This document shows, one piece after another, positions 40,701-54,378 of a stretch of 64,000 nucleotides of DNA. Each line of letters opens with the position of its first letter. Within the stretch, counting starts at the first letter, position 1. The DNA lies in contig NOWV01000003.1 in NCBI GenBank assembly GCA_003344405.1, forward strand, positions 744,001-808,000. The letters are read 5' to 3'. Made by a program: the position numbers and the translations under genes. Source of the stretch: Trichoplax sp. H2 (lineage: Eukaryota). The notes below the pieces were generated by a model that was not told where the DNA came from, searched no databases, and saw nothing but the letters and a program-made list of their open reading frames with translations.

Positions 40701-43700
40701 ACCTTTATACTTCAACGTATTTGTAAGTAATAAGTCTATTCATTCGATCAGGGAGTAACATGCAACTAAATTTTACACATTATTACTTAGTAACTAGACA
40801 TCCGAATATGAAGTTAATCGTTATTACAGAAATTGAACAACTTCTATTTCGACCCAATATTACAGAAAGGGCACAGTATGTGTATTAGAAGATCGATTTT
40901 GGATATCTTAAGCAATATATAGTTGTACCTCATTTGCTTCGTCGTTCATTTTAATTATTGATTTAAATATCGAGATCGAAAACTTATTCTACAGATATTA
41001 TGCTATATGCGTTTTAAACCAAATCCTTCTTACCCGAAAAGAATCATCTATCGCAGCTAAATTAATTAAAATCTATATTTCACTATTTAAGGTAATTAAT
41101 ATAGTTATTGTTACTTTTCATTCATAAGATCGTTTTTAAAAAGCCTGTAACTACCCCAAACTTTTAATTAGGCTGCAGTGAAACGAAAAGGTTCCGATAC
41201 TAGAATAACGAGTTCTATCCTTATTGGTACAAATAGAGCGTATCCCTTTGCTAAAGGTAAATAAATGCAAGTTGTATGTGTCGCTTGCTTATATTCAGCT
41301 ATTATTCAAACTTCGTTTGAAAATTAGATAATGATATAAAATCAATCGAAGAACAAGTGGACAATCTATTCCGAATGGTACATGCAGACAATTTTACAAT
41401 AAGTGTTCAAGTATGACCACATATTTCATTTTTTATTTTATTATTTCGGTTGAATTACACTCAATTACGAACTAAGTCTTGACGCGTCTTTTATCAGGTT
41501 CTTATGCTATTATATCAAATGATAGATATCAGGTAATGTTTAAGCGACTTACTCTTTACCTGTACACATTTATTTACTTCATGCTAGCTTTGCCTATGCG
41601 GACTTACATAGCATATTTTTCCGTAGACAATCTATGACTGATCGCTTCTATCAAAGCCTATATTTCAAATTACAAGATTCTAAATTACGAAAATCGTCGA
41701 AACAAGTATGTTAAAAAGTTTAGCCTTGATAAAATCAATTGTATAAAATTTTGGAACTGAATGCCACTTTCAAATTTAGGCGCTTTTCCTCAATCTTGTT
41801 TATAAAGCTCTAAAGTCTGATAGCGTGCTGAGCCGAGTCAAGGTAAATACTTTAAAGAAATATGATTTTATTCAATATATTAAATTTTTAAATCCTAATA
41901 GGCATTTGTTAAGAGACTGTTGCAAGTTTGTACACACGAGCAACCGCCATTTGTTTGCGGTACTCTTTACATGTTATCGGAAGTAAGTTAATACAACAAA
42001 GATGTATGCATAACATAGTTTTAATCACACGTATAAATGTTAACTTGGACATAGCTAATATCAACACGGATTCTATCCTGACATACTGTCACTTTCCTTC
42101 CCACATTTAGATATTTAAATTAAAGCCCGGATTAAAAACGTTGTTACTTCGTGCAGAGGTATGTTCGGAATAACTCAAAACTGGAATTTATATAAAATAT
42201 TATCACTCTCTTAATATGAATTTTATGAAATGTAGGGCTCGGATGAAGAAGAACATTTCGATGATGCAGATGATAGTGATACGGAATTGGATAAAAATGC
42301 TATTCTCGATGTCAATATAAAAGGACCAAGTGAAGTTACAAGCGATACATCTGGCTATTTGCATCGTAGCAAGAAGGCAACGAACTATGATGTAAAGCAG
42401 CGAAATCCTTTATATTGTGGAGCAGAATATTCAAGCATGTGGGAACTGAGAAAGGTTCGGTTTATATTTAAAAAATAAATTTTATGAATAGCTTTAATTC
42501 ATGACTTATCTGTAATAGCGTACCTAAATTTTAATATTCTTTTACTAGTTAAAAAATCATTATCACGCTACAGTTGTCCACTTTGCTGATACGCTACTGA
42601 AAGTAAGTAAATTTCTAAGTTATGAGTTTAACTACTAGTTTGAAATTTTTAATAACGAAGCTTCCTTCTAATAAGGGCTACACAATTGATTATACTGGGG
42701 ATCCATTGAGTGATTTCACGCTTATGCGGTTAGTCGCGCTATTATGCTCTCTTAGGATTTCTGATTTGATTTACATGTCCGCATAGAGCTTGAAACGATA
42801 TGTTGTTAGATAACTTTACGTCCCACTGTCTATGTTATTAATGTCTTTCTATATCCATACTGCCTTGAATTAATTCATTAATTATTGCATGATATCTTAA
42901 TCTTAATTCATTTTTGATACTCAATAGATTCTTGGATAGATTCGCTTATAAGAATCCCAAAAAGCAGATAAGCGGTATATAGAATCATAAAAGTCTTAAT
43001 TTTTTAGAATGTTCAGTAACATTATTTTTTTGTAATATCAACTATGCAAGATCATGGAGGCTCAGTCATGCAGGTACATTATAAAAATAGCTGAAAATGT
43101 GATAACAGTAAAATTAGCTCTTTTTAAATCAACATTTTGAATAACTTCATATAAGCGGCGATTACATTCCCAACGCCTGAGAGAAGAACCTGTCAACTCT
43201 AAAATTTTCTTAAACAAGTCAATCGAAGAGATAGAACCCGACGAAGTGTTCTTTTATCGGTATATTTATCATTTTCTGTTATAGTCTACACTTAAATGTG
43301 TCAATGTTTTTCACAGGTTATAATCACAATATTTAAGATTAATGAATACCTACTGACAGATATTTTAAGAAATGTGAGGAAGAAGAAGCTAATGTAATAA
43401 GACTAGCCGCAAAAAAGAAGCGGCAAAAGGATATGCAAGACTTTGATATGGATGAAATAGATTCTGCTGAAGGTAACGTATGGGCACATTAATAATATAG
43501 GAGCACTCACATCATTGCTAATTTTCTGTATTTTGTTTCTATTGCTTTTTCGATGTTTTGTTACTAGAAAATGAAAAATCAGGAGAATTGGATTTTGCTA
43601 GGTTTGCTATGTTAATTCGAACATTTGCAGGGTTAAATGTAAATTTAACATATAAATTACTTTCGTAGTGATCTGAGTAATGCGAAAAAAACGAAAAAAC

Positions 43701-44604
43701 GAAAGAAGGCGACAGACGATTCTGATGAAGAAGACGATGAAGGTTGAAAGCTTGTCGGATTATTTTATATATCACTTAAATGAAAGCTCATGTTGTGAAA
43801 TATTACCTTTATTCGATTAGATTATGATTATGACGACATGAATGAATCTGATGAAAACGACGGTATTAGTCTTTTAGTATCAATGCATATTTACTGTTTT
43901 GAACTAAGGTTTTGATGCTCTGAATTTCAAATTTTAATTATTTGTTTCTAACGTAGCTAACAATTTATCGGAAGAAAAATTAACTAAGGTATTTACAGGG
44001 ATGACCATTGATACTTTCGAGAGAATTATTACTCTAATAAGGCGCAGATTTGGGCGAAAGTGAAAAGTGTAGTTTAAAATATAAAACGTATATTCAAATT
44101 TTTGATGTAGTTACTTTTGGATGAAATGACCCCTGATGAAGATGAAGATAATGATGATGGATCGAATGAAGGCAGTGTTGCAAAGAGGTACATGTACATT
44201 ACTTACTAACCTCGTTAGCGAATGATAGAGTCATTTAATAAATGTTTTAATGCACACCAGCTAATGGAAATATGTGTTAATGTCCTGCTAGGCCAAATAA
44301 GGATATCATGTCCATGTTTGCAGATGCTGAAGAGGTTGTTATTAGAAGCGATAGAAAATCTTTGTTAAGCAATTGTTAAAGACTTAACGAAAGTTATTTT
44401 TTTTAGTTTTCTCATCTACTAGAAGAACCAAGTAAAGAAAATTCGTCAAAACAATTGGAATGGGAATCAAAGCAAAATAATATAAACAAGTCGAAACAGA
44501 GGCGTAAAAAATTTAAGAAACAAAGACCTGTGGAAAATTATGGTTCTAGAAATAAATCGAAATCACCCAGTAGCAAAAATCGTAATCAACACCGAATTAA
44601 ATAG
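37778..44604 (+). CDS. CEBPZ: CCAAT/enhancer-binding protein zeta / Noc1-Mak21 ribosome biogenesis factor, many exons
   Basis: WLKTVMASGTLTDK; QESPVHNL; LLPDDRKL; VNKLGDP; HPNMK; LFRPN; GTNRAYPF; SSKQALFLNL; RNPLYCGAE; YTGDPLSDFTLMRFLDRFAYKNPK; acidic tail then a basic C-terminus ending TAG 44604. Confidence 0.93.
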
Positions 44605-44912
44605 CAAAACATTTGCTTGCTTTAAGATTTTTATTTTAAAGTAAACGTTTTAGGGAAATTTTATTTTATATTTGATCGAAATTATAATTTGAGAGGGAAT
44701 ATTACGGTTTTTAAGATCTGGTTTTAGAAATAACGATGGTAGTTAATGGGGATAAATCAACTGACACTATTTAAAGAATACTGTCTTAAATGAAATATTC
44801 CTACACATTAAATTCGATTCATCCAACCAGGAATCGTTTATCATCTATAAATTAATTGATTTTTGAGATCTCTTTACTTGATATCATTTAATGTAAAATG
44901 TTGATTATAATT

Positions 44913-47141
44913 TTACAGTCGTCTATAATTATAACCCATTCGATAGGGTCGTCGTCTTTTGAACAATTTACGAATGATATAAAGTAATGCGATTATAATA
45001 AAGATGAATACGAAGTAATATTGATAGTAATGATATCGTGAACTAATTCTATTATTGACGGTGCTAATTTTTTCGATTGTTCGATAGTCGAGATCAATGC
45101 TCGTATTAACTATTCTATCAAAAGTGGATGTAGTCGTCTTATTGAAGACTGTACTGGTAAGAGTAGTAGCAATATTCGAAGCCTCTGTAGTATTCAGACT
45201 TTCATCGCGGAATTGAGCAATTTTCATTTTTAGTAAAATTCGACGTAGATAGAGAGCATGAAATGCTATAGCCATGCCGGTTAAGCGCATTGAACATCCA
45301 TCTAAAGTGAATGATAGATAGTAGATGATGTAGCAAGAAATAATACATTTACTGATACGAAAAAGACATTACATCGAAGATAACCTAAAATTCATCTACA
45401 TGGTAATATATGAAACCTACGGAACTAAGGAAAAAGATAGTACCTTTTAATTTAGGGCAATAGGCATCTTGCTTCTCATTATGGTCGATATTTCGAATTT
45501 TTCTCCTTGATTTAGACATTGAGAAACATCCACTAAACGATTGGTATTGAAAAACTTCTTTCATAAAATTATAATTGTAGAAATCTGAGAAGCCAGATGC
45601 TGCACAAAATACGATTTCCTCTAAAAATATTTGTTGAGCTTGAATCATTTTAAGATCGTATTGCTCATATAAAGTTTTAACCTCCAGATAAGCATAAGAA
45701 CAAAATGCTTGCAGTAAATCATTTACGTCATGGTATTTGCTATGATGAAGTAAACGTTGTGTCACTTGTGCATGACATTTTAAATCTTTTGCGAGCATAA
45801 AATAGATAATTTGCCGTACAAGCTTATGACCTTGTAGGTCTTCCAGGATGTTACTCTGCCAGCATTCAGCTGATATTGTACATGGCATAGCATTTCTTTG
45901 ACCCATTAACTCGTTTAGGCAAGCCATACCGTAATCATTACCATGATGTATCCCATGATCGTATATACGTTCATTTCGAATCTGAACAGGTATGAGCTTA
46001 AATTCACGGTCCAAATTAGATAATTTCCAAGGTTGCGATACTAGGGTGTTACTACTTGAATGATATTTTTGATTTTTCTTCGACCAATATGTAGCTTCAG
46101 ATGTTGCATCAGCCAGTAGTAACCGAGAGATTTGATGATACATTTGTAAAGCATCATAATACAGCGTCATATTAAAAAAGCGCCGATCATTAGTAATAAC
46201 TTCAAATTGTCCTATTGCCAGTAAAAATAAAATGAATAATTAATTATACTTTTAATTTAAAGCGAGTGAAAATTAATTTGCTATCTCACGAGCATTAAGA
46301 TAACTATGATGAGTTATTTATAGTATCGCTCGTTTTGTAAAGCATGGAATTACGATTGAATCGCTTAGGTTCACTGCAAGATACGATTCTAGGATAATTA
46401 CTCTTGGACAACTGGTAAAAATTAAGTCACAATATTGCATTACTGCATGTTATTTTTGTAATCTGATTTCATATAAAATTTCGTTTGAGCAGAAATAAGC
46501 AATCTCTAATTCCTTTATCTTATAAATCATTTTAAATCTTTAAGAAATGTAAGGGTTAACTTTATATAACTATATCGGACCCTAAATTTATCGATTGAAA
46601 GATAATACCACAGTAACCGGGTTAATATAGATCTGTAATGCATTTTCAATGGTAGATCACTAGACCTCATTTAGCACATACAAATTGAAAAGTCATTAAC
46701 TGGCAGCCCCGTCGTTTCATACCGTTTATTTATATAATGGCTAAGTAAGCGTAGAAAGGGTTACAGGAGGCAATTGTCCTGACAGGTCAACTAACATGTA
46801 GCACTAAATAAATGCGTATAAGGCAATTTGGATAACTATAATGTAATACCGGGTAATAATAATATACAGCAGCGAAAATTACAATATGAAAATTAATTAA
46901 TTCGCATAAACTTATACAGTTTATTGTATTAATCCATCCACATACCTTGGGCTATTCGTAATCCTATTAGCGACGGTTGGCATAAACGTATATATTGCTT
47001 TTGTAAATATGAAACAGCGTTATCTAGAATATCTAATGTTTTTTCGCCTAATAGATAGTATTTATCGTATAGTTTTACCGTCTTAGAAGTAACAGGGTTA
47101 GTAATAATTACAATAATCAGTAAAGCAACAATATAGCGCAT
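44913..47141 (-). CDS. UPF0764/C16orf89-like (DUF4735) protein with signal peptide and C-terminal transmembrane helix; 3 exons (47141-46946, 46211-45444, 45301-44913)
   Basis: Signal peptide MRYIVALLIIVIITNPVTS; LIGLRIAQGQ; EEIVFCAASGFSDFY; YQSFSGCF; DGCSMRLTGMA; Thr-rich stalk; YYFVFIFIIIALLYII-RK. Splice phases are consistent. Confidence 0.75.
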
Positions 47142-47848
47142 AGATGACACTTGTAGCTTTGACACAGCTGGTGCGCTGTTACCATCACCATGTTGCCAAA
47201 TATAGTCCCTACAGCACATGATTATTATTCTGCAAATGTATTCTGTACCATTAGCTGTGATTAATTACCAGCTATTACAATACATAATCGATTATCTTTT
47301 CATATAAAATTGTTTCGTGTTAAATTAATTATGTTACTTGAGTTTTTTTATATTGATATAATTGTATATAATTTAGTTACTAATTATGTTATTTGAGTCT
47401 TTATATTGATATAACTCCTCGTATACCGCTGTATAAATATATAGTTGCAAGTACAAAGGATTCTTCTACTAGCTTGGCAAGTTATCAACTGATACCAATA
47501 TCGTACTATAAATTAAAAAACCTTAGAATTCATACAACTAGACGCGTTAGGAAAATACGGTCATACACCCTCCAAAATTTTCAAAGTTTTTGAATAATTA
47601 TACTTAATTACGTTTTCATCTTTAAAATAATAAATTCTATTCAAATAACAACAATTTGAAAACTCCTCTTTACGAATAAGGCAGTAACAAATATCATATC
47701 ATGATGTATAACAATAATGTAAGAAAATGTTAGACTGGATTTAAAAACTGTTTATTACTTATTTTTATTTTTTACCCTTCATATTTCGATTTTTGGGGTA
47801 CATGATGTATGTAGTGGCGACTGGTACTCCATGAAGTGCACAACTCCA

Positions 47849-48122
47849 CGTACTGTACTGTAAAGTATGGTTCAAGTACTACTGTACAGTATAATATACA
47901 GTACAGTACAGTACTGTACAGTAGTGTTGCGGGCTTGTCACGTGACCTACAATATATATATATATACTGTATATATATATATATATACTGTATACTGTAT
48001 ATACAGTATGTCAGTACAGTACTGTACACTCTGCCATTGATTGTACAGTACTGTACCATGCATACTGTACTGTACTTTTCGTTAACTGTACGGTACACTT
48101 TACAGTACTGTACTGTACTGTA
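47849..48122. repeat. Dense TACAGTA/TACTGTA array including a (TA)n microsatellite interrupted by CTG/CAG
   Basis: atatatatatatata-ctg-tatatatatatatatata-ctg-tata-ctg-tatata-cag-ta at 47952-48008, plus flanking units. Confidence 0.9.
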
Positions 48123-49140
48123 GATGTAAAGCCATTAGAGTTAAGCTCGTATTGCGGTAAAACCGTAAAAGTAAGTCGTAAACACAGTTTAACAGTTTAA
48201 TCTTCCAACATTTTAGATTTTGGTCCAAGGTAGGTACTTTACTATCGCCTTCCCCTTCATGCATTAGATGAAATACAGTATATTAATAATAATCTAGCAT
48301 CCGGAAGGTTTCTAACCTTCTATTCAAGCTACATCCTTGTAGTAGTTCTAGACCTACAAATCAATGCACGTATAGCAACAAGTGATTTTTTGGGCACTGT
48401 TACATCCTATATTGACTACATTATTGCTTGAATTACAAATTAAATCAGTAGAATCTATACTTCTTAATGATAATACGTTAATCTATGCGTAGTTTACTCA
48501 TATGCATTTAAAGTGCTTAACACTATAATTTGGATTAACAGTAAACATTTAGCGAAATATTCCTATGTTAGAATAGTGCTTTTTTAACTAATCTCACAGA
48601 GAGTAGAAAGTAGTCCACAAATCTCACAAAGTGCTGCAAGCAGTCAATCACTTCGACATTACAGTAAATTAAATATACTCTTACGTTACTCTTTATAGAC
48701 TTACTAATTAGCCCTCTAGAGATCATACCCCTTTTTGTAAAGACCAACTCTTGCAATCTTACTATCACAAACTTGCTTTTGAAAGATGTACAATTGCACA
48801 TCCCCCTTTATTTAGAATTAGTTTATTAATCCTATTGTTATCATGCACTTATTACTCATTGAAATTACCTACCTTTGAGAATTTTGTCGGTAGACTAACA
48901 ATATAAATAAAGCTTATAATCTATAAATTACCTGCATATACATAGCTTTCGTTAGTGAGTGAGTAATTTACAAAATTGTATGCTACAACATATAGTATAC
49001 GTACATCACAGTCCAGTGCGTTACTGCGCAGCAATTTGCAAACTTAGCACAGTATACGAGTATATACTTAAGCTGACTACGTAATATTCACCCTTAAATC
49101 AGATTTCTATTAACATTTTCCTTTTTAACTCAACTAGCTT

Positions 49141-49900
49141 ATGGAACCTACCTCTGTCAAGGAGGTAAGAGTGTGAGGGTATCTTTCGTAATGTTAAAAG
49201 CGCACTTGCTGGCAGATCTACGTTAATGTGCGGATTTATATACACTGTATATTTGTAGTACAGCATATAACATACATAAATGACTATTAATTTAGATTTG
49301 TATCGCTCGTTGGATTTAATTAAGTGTTCCATGATAAACTTTATTGTAATCATATAAAAATTGTTTTTACTACATAAGGATAATTTGACCTGGGATAAAT
49401 TGAATGCCGCACTAGCTAAGGGAGAAAATGTTGCCGAAATTTTCAATCTAAAAGTACAAGGTTAAGTTTCTGAAAGCCTGCTATTGTTAAAGAGTGGCAC
49501 GTGCATCTACATATTAATTATCTTTCACTGATAAAGTAACCATTGTAATATATAAAGAAGTTGTAGTCTGTAAAAATTACTTCATAATTCTCAATATAGC
49601 TTCGTATGATTAGATAATACTGTAATAAAATAAATCGTTACTTAACATACTGTAGGTGATGCAGATAGGAGATGTAATCAAAAGGCACGCAATACCACTG
49701 AGAATGTGCAAGATAATATTGAGTTGCTGAACGTTCAGCACAATTCTGCAATCGATTCATCTTTCTCCTTTGTTTATTGCCGAGAAGATTGTGAAGCTGT
49801 TTTCAGTAATGTGACGGAAAATGACATAAAATTGCTACCATCTCGTCCATTCGTTCTTTTAGATGATATTGCAACGATTAGGTCTGCTATAACATATTGA
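49141..49900 (+). CDS. Small (~116 aa) protein of unknown function, 3 coding exons
   Basis: MEPTSVKE|gtaaga ... ag|DNLTWDKLNAALAKGENVAEIFNLKVQ-G|gttaag ... tag|DADRRCNQKARNTTENVQDNIELL...IRSAITY*. Phases 0 and 1 match at both introns. Confidence 0.6.
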
Positions 49901-50992
49901 GAACTACTGTACAATACGATTTATACAAACAGTATATATGATCCTAAGATTACTAACTTGGTGGCTCTAAACTGTTTTAATTGAACCCTATCATTTATAG
50001 ATATATTCCGGAAAGTTCGATCAAGAAATAATCTACACAAAAACTGCCTTATACTGTATTTATGCTTTGATTTTATATTCTAAATATCTGTATATGTATT
50101 ATACTGTGGATGTGATCTCGATAATGAAACTTTCAACGCTGTGATAACTTTATTACCAGTTTTTTTGGCTGTATCAGCATCTAGCACATCGTTAATGTTA
50201 TTCTTAGTCTACTATTTAGCTATATAACGTATACGAACCCATCTTCACTAGGACATAATGTCGCCTGTTTGAATATAAATTAATTATACAGTCAATAGCA
50301 ACATTCCTGAATATGCTAAGTTACAATAAGATATTAGGTTACAACTGGAAATGACTATACGGTATTTGTGCTTGACATCAGCTGTCGTTAAATTATGGAC
50401 CGTTTTTGCTCTTAATTTTATTTATTCAACATAAAGAATTAAAGACAATTTCATTTCTTGTTTATGCCTCATGTCATAATAAAGATGGTTTTACGTACAA
50501 TATTGTCATTAGGATACTATTAACTCGTCGTTCTCTGCGACACAGTTGCCATAAGAATGCGACAAATATTTAGTTAGTGAAAGTATATATCAATGTATTC
50601 CTAATGCCATGTTACCAAATCACATCACTAAATTGCAGTGGTTACGTTTGTTAACCTCACACTGTTACACAATTCGGTTGTAGATTACTCGTAGAACTAA
50701 TGTGTTACTATACCCAATGCAGCGTAGTGTATAGTATTACTATAAAATAAGGTCTTTCTAAAAATAAAAGCCTATTGATATTAGAGATTACAGGAACTAC
50801 TAAATGTCAACGATACAACTATGATATTTTAAGCTTCGCGCCGATGATAAATTAATTATCATACTCGATTTATTCTTCGTCGCAATTTCAAAAACTGATA
50901 CACTTCATCGATAACTTCTTAGTAAATTAAGTACATCAATGTATTGCATATAAGAATATACCGAATGACCGATATCAAGGCAAATATAAACT

Positions 50993-52112
50993 TTAATCGA
51001 TCAATTTCTTCGCCTTAAAGTATCTTCGTAAGTAATAGAGTTGCCATGATGCCAAAACCAGCAAACAACACATAGAAAAGAGGCTAAAGTATAATACACG
51101 CGCATGGGTTGATTCTACATCAAACAAGGACAATCCCAGTTAGTATACAGAATTGATAAAATTAAAACACAGCACATTTGGAACTACACCAGGAATAACT
51201 TGACTTAACACATTATACAAGTATACTGTATAGCTTAATGTATTTTACTTTAGATACCTACCATTTGTATCTCGCATTTCTTCCTCTCTATTTCTCATAT
51301 AGACGAAATCTTCTACAAGCTCCTGAGATAAATCATGTAAACGTCTTAGTTCTAACTCCATAGGTTTAAGCTTTTCGGCTTCTTTAACCTATATAGTACA
51401 AATTGTAAAAAGAATTACCTTTGAAAACAAATCCAAACAAAATCACAAATCACACAATGTTAGTAGGGAAACAACGTCTACTGAACTATAATCATCGGAT
51501 TCTAGACTAATTTCGCGTACTTGCTCGTAATTTTTCGCTTCGACACCACGCTTAATAACGTAAGTGATATCATGTCCTGATCCAGGGGGAAGATGGCTCT
51601 CTAAAAATGGAAAAATATTCAATCTTGAATACCATAGTAACGAAGGTTTAGGTAAAGTCACGGAAATGAATAAAGGGGAAATCTAATTCTTTGGTCTGAA
51701 AGTCTAATGCGTACTTGATTCACTTTCCGAACTGAAGCAAACTTCGAAACTTGAAGGATGATCTAAGGTGATAGCAAATTTTCCCTGTTTAGTACCATCA
51801 TTCTTGTAAAGAACATCCTTTTTCGAATCAGTAACCTATATCCAATAAAATAGATACACGTAGGCATTTTTAGTCATATCGAAAAATTGGGATGAAAATT
51901 AGAGACTGACGCCTTACCTTTATGTGTGTTTTAAGCAATGGCGTCTCGCTGATACTGTATTCACCAGTAACTAGTTCATTTTTTTGAGCAGTATCTAGCA
52001 AACACCGTTTAGAATTAGCTAACAGTCGAAACGATATAGAATGACATTGTGAAACCAATGAGACAATTATTAATGATAGCAGAATCGTCGTTCCACTATG
52101 GTTACGTTTCAT
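50993..52112 (-). CDS. TMED10: Transmembrane emp24 domain protein 10 (p24-delta/Tmp21), multi-exon
   Basis: Signal peptide; GOLD domain (KRCL...VTGEY; GKFAIT..FEVCF); [53 protein letters not shown] with dilysine tail. Confidence 0.95.
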
Positions 52113-52206
52113 GGCGAACTAATATTAACAGCAAAGGAAGATGTGCAATGTGCACTTTTCACTTAACAGTAGAAATTAGAAAATACCACCAGGGACTACG
52201 AAACGG

Positions 52207-52917
52207 TACTACGTACAGTACAATATTGTAGATGAACGGCAACGTACTGTAGTGTAAGTACTGTACTGTACACTTCCTATACTGTACAGTGTACAGTACA
52301 GTAGTACTGTACGGTACAGTACTGTGTTCGAGTTCATTGCTGAATTTTTAATGAACGCCGTACAGTACTGTACGTAGATTTCAGTATTGCACTGTACACT
52401 GTACACTGTACAGTACCGTACTGTAGACACGTAGACAGCGTACAGTACAGCTGTACGTACAGTACTGTACAATGCTGTAGACAAAGGCATGATCAATGAT
52501 CATAGCAGGCGTACCGAAAACATAATGCACCAGGTCCATTTTTATGGGCCATACTATTTTTGTACAGTGTACAGTATATGGCATATACAGTACAGTACTG
52601 TACAGTGTACTGTACACTGTACAGTTAGGGTTCGGCAAGTCCGGTCCTAGGCTGTACAGTGTACACTGTACAGTACAGTATACTCGAAGAGAGTCCACCG
52701 CTGGTTTTAGACCTGAGAAAGGTTCGGTCAGAAGACGACTACTGTACAGTACTGAATAGTGTATTGTCCTTGACAGCCCCGTGATTATTCAACAGTAGTC
52801 TTACAGTACTGTACAGTAAAGTAAAGTTAATAATACAGTACAGTACTGTGCAGCGTGTTTGTATTCTACAGTACAGTACTGTACATGAGTACTGTACTAC
52901 AGTACTGTACCGTACTG
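52207..52917. repeat. Largest TACAGTA/TACTGTA/TACAGTGTA/TACGGTA array, in the TMED10-mRPL33 divergent region
   Basis: Dozens of units in both orientations interspersed with unique sequence. Confidence 0.9.
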
Positions 52918-53146
52918 GAGCTGAAAACCCATGCAGCAAGCTGGTGTCATTCGAATTCGAATGGTGCTTACTTCAATTAAAATTATTAAATTAGGGAAAT
53001 TATTATTTTAATTTTCTTTGAATTTGAGAGAAATACCAGGATTGCAGGAGAACAACCTTCACTTTTCGATGTACAGACGGTGGCAGTAAACACCAAGTCT
53101 ACTAAACATTGATATATCTCTTTAACTGCCCTACAGTAACTTGAAA

Positions 53147-54378
53147 AGTAAGTCAAAATTTTGACAACTTCAACAGCGTACGGTACTACCTATCGGTTAA
53201 CTTGTTCTCTCTACTATTGGTATTTTCTTTACTTTATATCATTAACCTGTGCCACAACCAGTGGGCAAAGGAAAAGCAAGGTAAGATTGTTTTTTATCTC
53301 TCATTTAGACCTAGAGATGACTTGATAATTTTCCTGTACTATATTCGTCATACCTGAGCATACCGTACAGTACTGTGTAACGTATGCAAGCTGCTGTACC
53401 ATGAGATACAGTTGTGCATAATGAACTACGCGTAATGTGGTATTGCAATAAACGATCTACGAAGTTACAGCAAGTATTTATCTAGCTATAATCTGTTTTA
53501 CCTGGTTACCGGTTATTGCTCTGACAACAAGTCTTATATACTGCAAAAAACGTCAATTACAGTATCAAATACCGGGGATGTCCTTGTAATTATTTGTGCA
53601 CACGTACAGTAATAACATACGCCAATTCTAACACTTATTATCAATGAATGTGAAGATTTAACGAAATGATTGCATTAATAGTGAAATCTTGGAAAATTCA
53701 TCCTTGATTTAAGACTATGTTATTATTAGTCATAATTAGGTTTTCTCTACTTATAATTATTACCAAAAAATCTAAGGCATATGCAACGGTTTAATGTAGC
53801 AGTTATTTTACGCCTTTAATACACTTGTATTTGCATTTGTACCGTAGTATTCGCAATTATATAATATAATTAATCAAACCGTGGTATTTATGTGCATTAA
53901 ATTATTTTATAGATAATTAATTAAATTTTTCAATACGAATTGAGAAAGTAAACCTTTCTCTCACTTTTCTATAGAACTATAATTGTCAGATTAATGAGTG
54001 CTGCTGGTACTGGATTCTTTTATACAATGAGGAGGCCAAGGACAAGAGATAAGATGATACTTCGTAAATACGATCCGATAGGTGAGAAAGATCGCATAAT
54101 TATATAATTAGTCAATGTTATTGAGTTACACCCTAGCATCAGCATTTATCTTTTGTGATGTTTAGTGGTAGCCTTCTATTAAACAATAATATAGTTAATA
54201 TTTATTTACACTAGTTTATTCTAAGGGGTTTAGTGACGAATTTTTAGAATCGATGTCTACCATAAGTTCATAACTATATGTTATGCCTAACAATATTCCC
54301 TTCTTATGCTCTATTTAAAATTTGTTTATTTCTGTAGTTAAGCAGCATGTCCTCTTTGTAGAAACTAAGAAGAAATAA
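53147..54378 (+). CDS. MRPL33: Mitochondrial ribosomal protein L33 (bL33m); coding segments 53147, 53262-53280, 53975-54081, 54338-54378 (missed by ORF track)
   Basis: Spliced product [64 protein letters not shown] and HVLF are L33 motifs. The start codon is inferred as A|TG across an intron. Confidence 0.9.

Noticed and set aside
47772..48123. Tyr/Cys/Thr/Val/Ser-rich ORFs here and at 16541-16756, 52209-52939, 57568-58433 and 59378-59988
   Set aside because: Translation by-products of the stop-poor TACAG/TACTG arrays; open on both strands with no recognisable protein.
52620..52656. TA-CAG...CTG-TA segment as an intact miniature Tc1-like element
   Set aside because: The inverted match is short and imperfect and expected by chance within the array; no second copy in the window.
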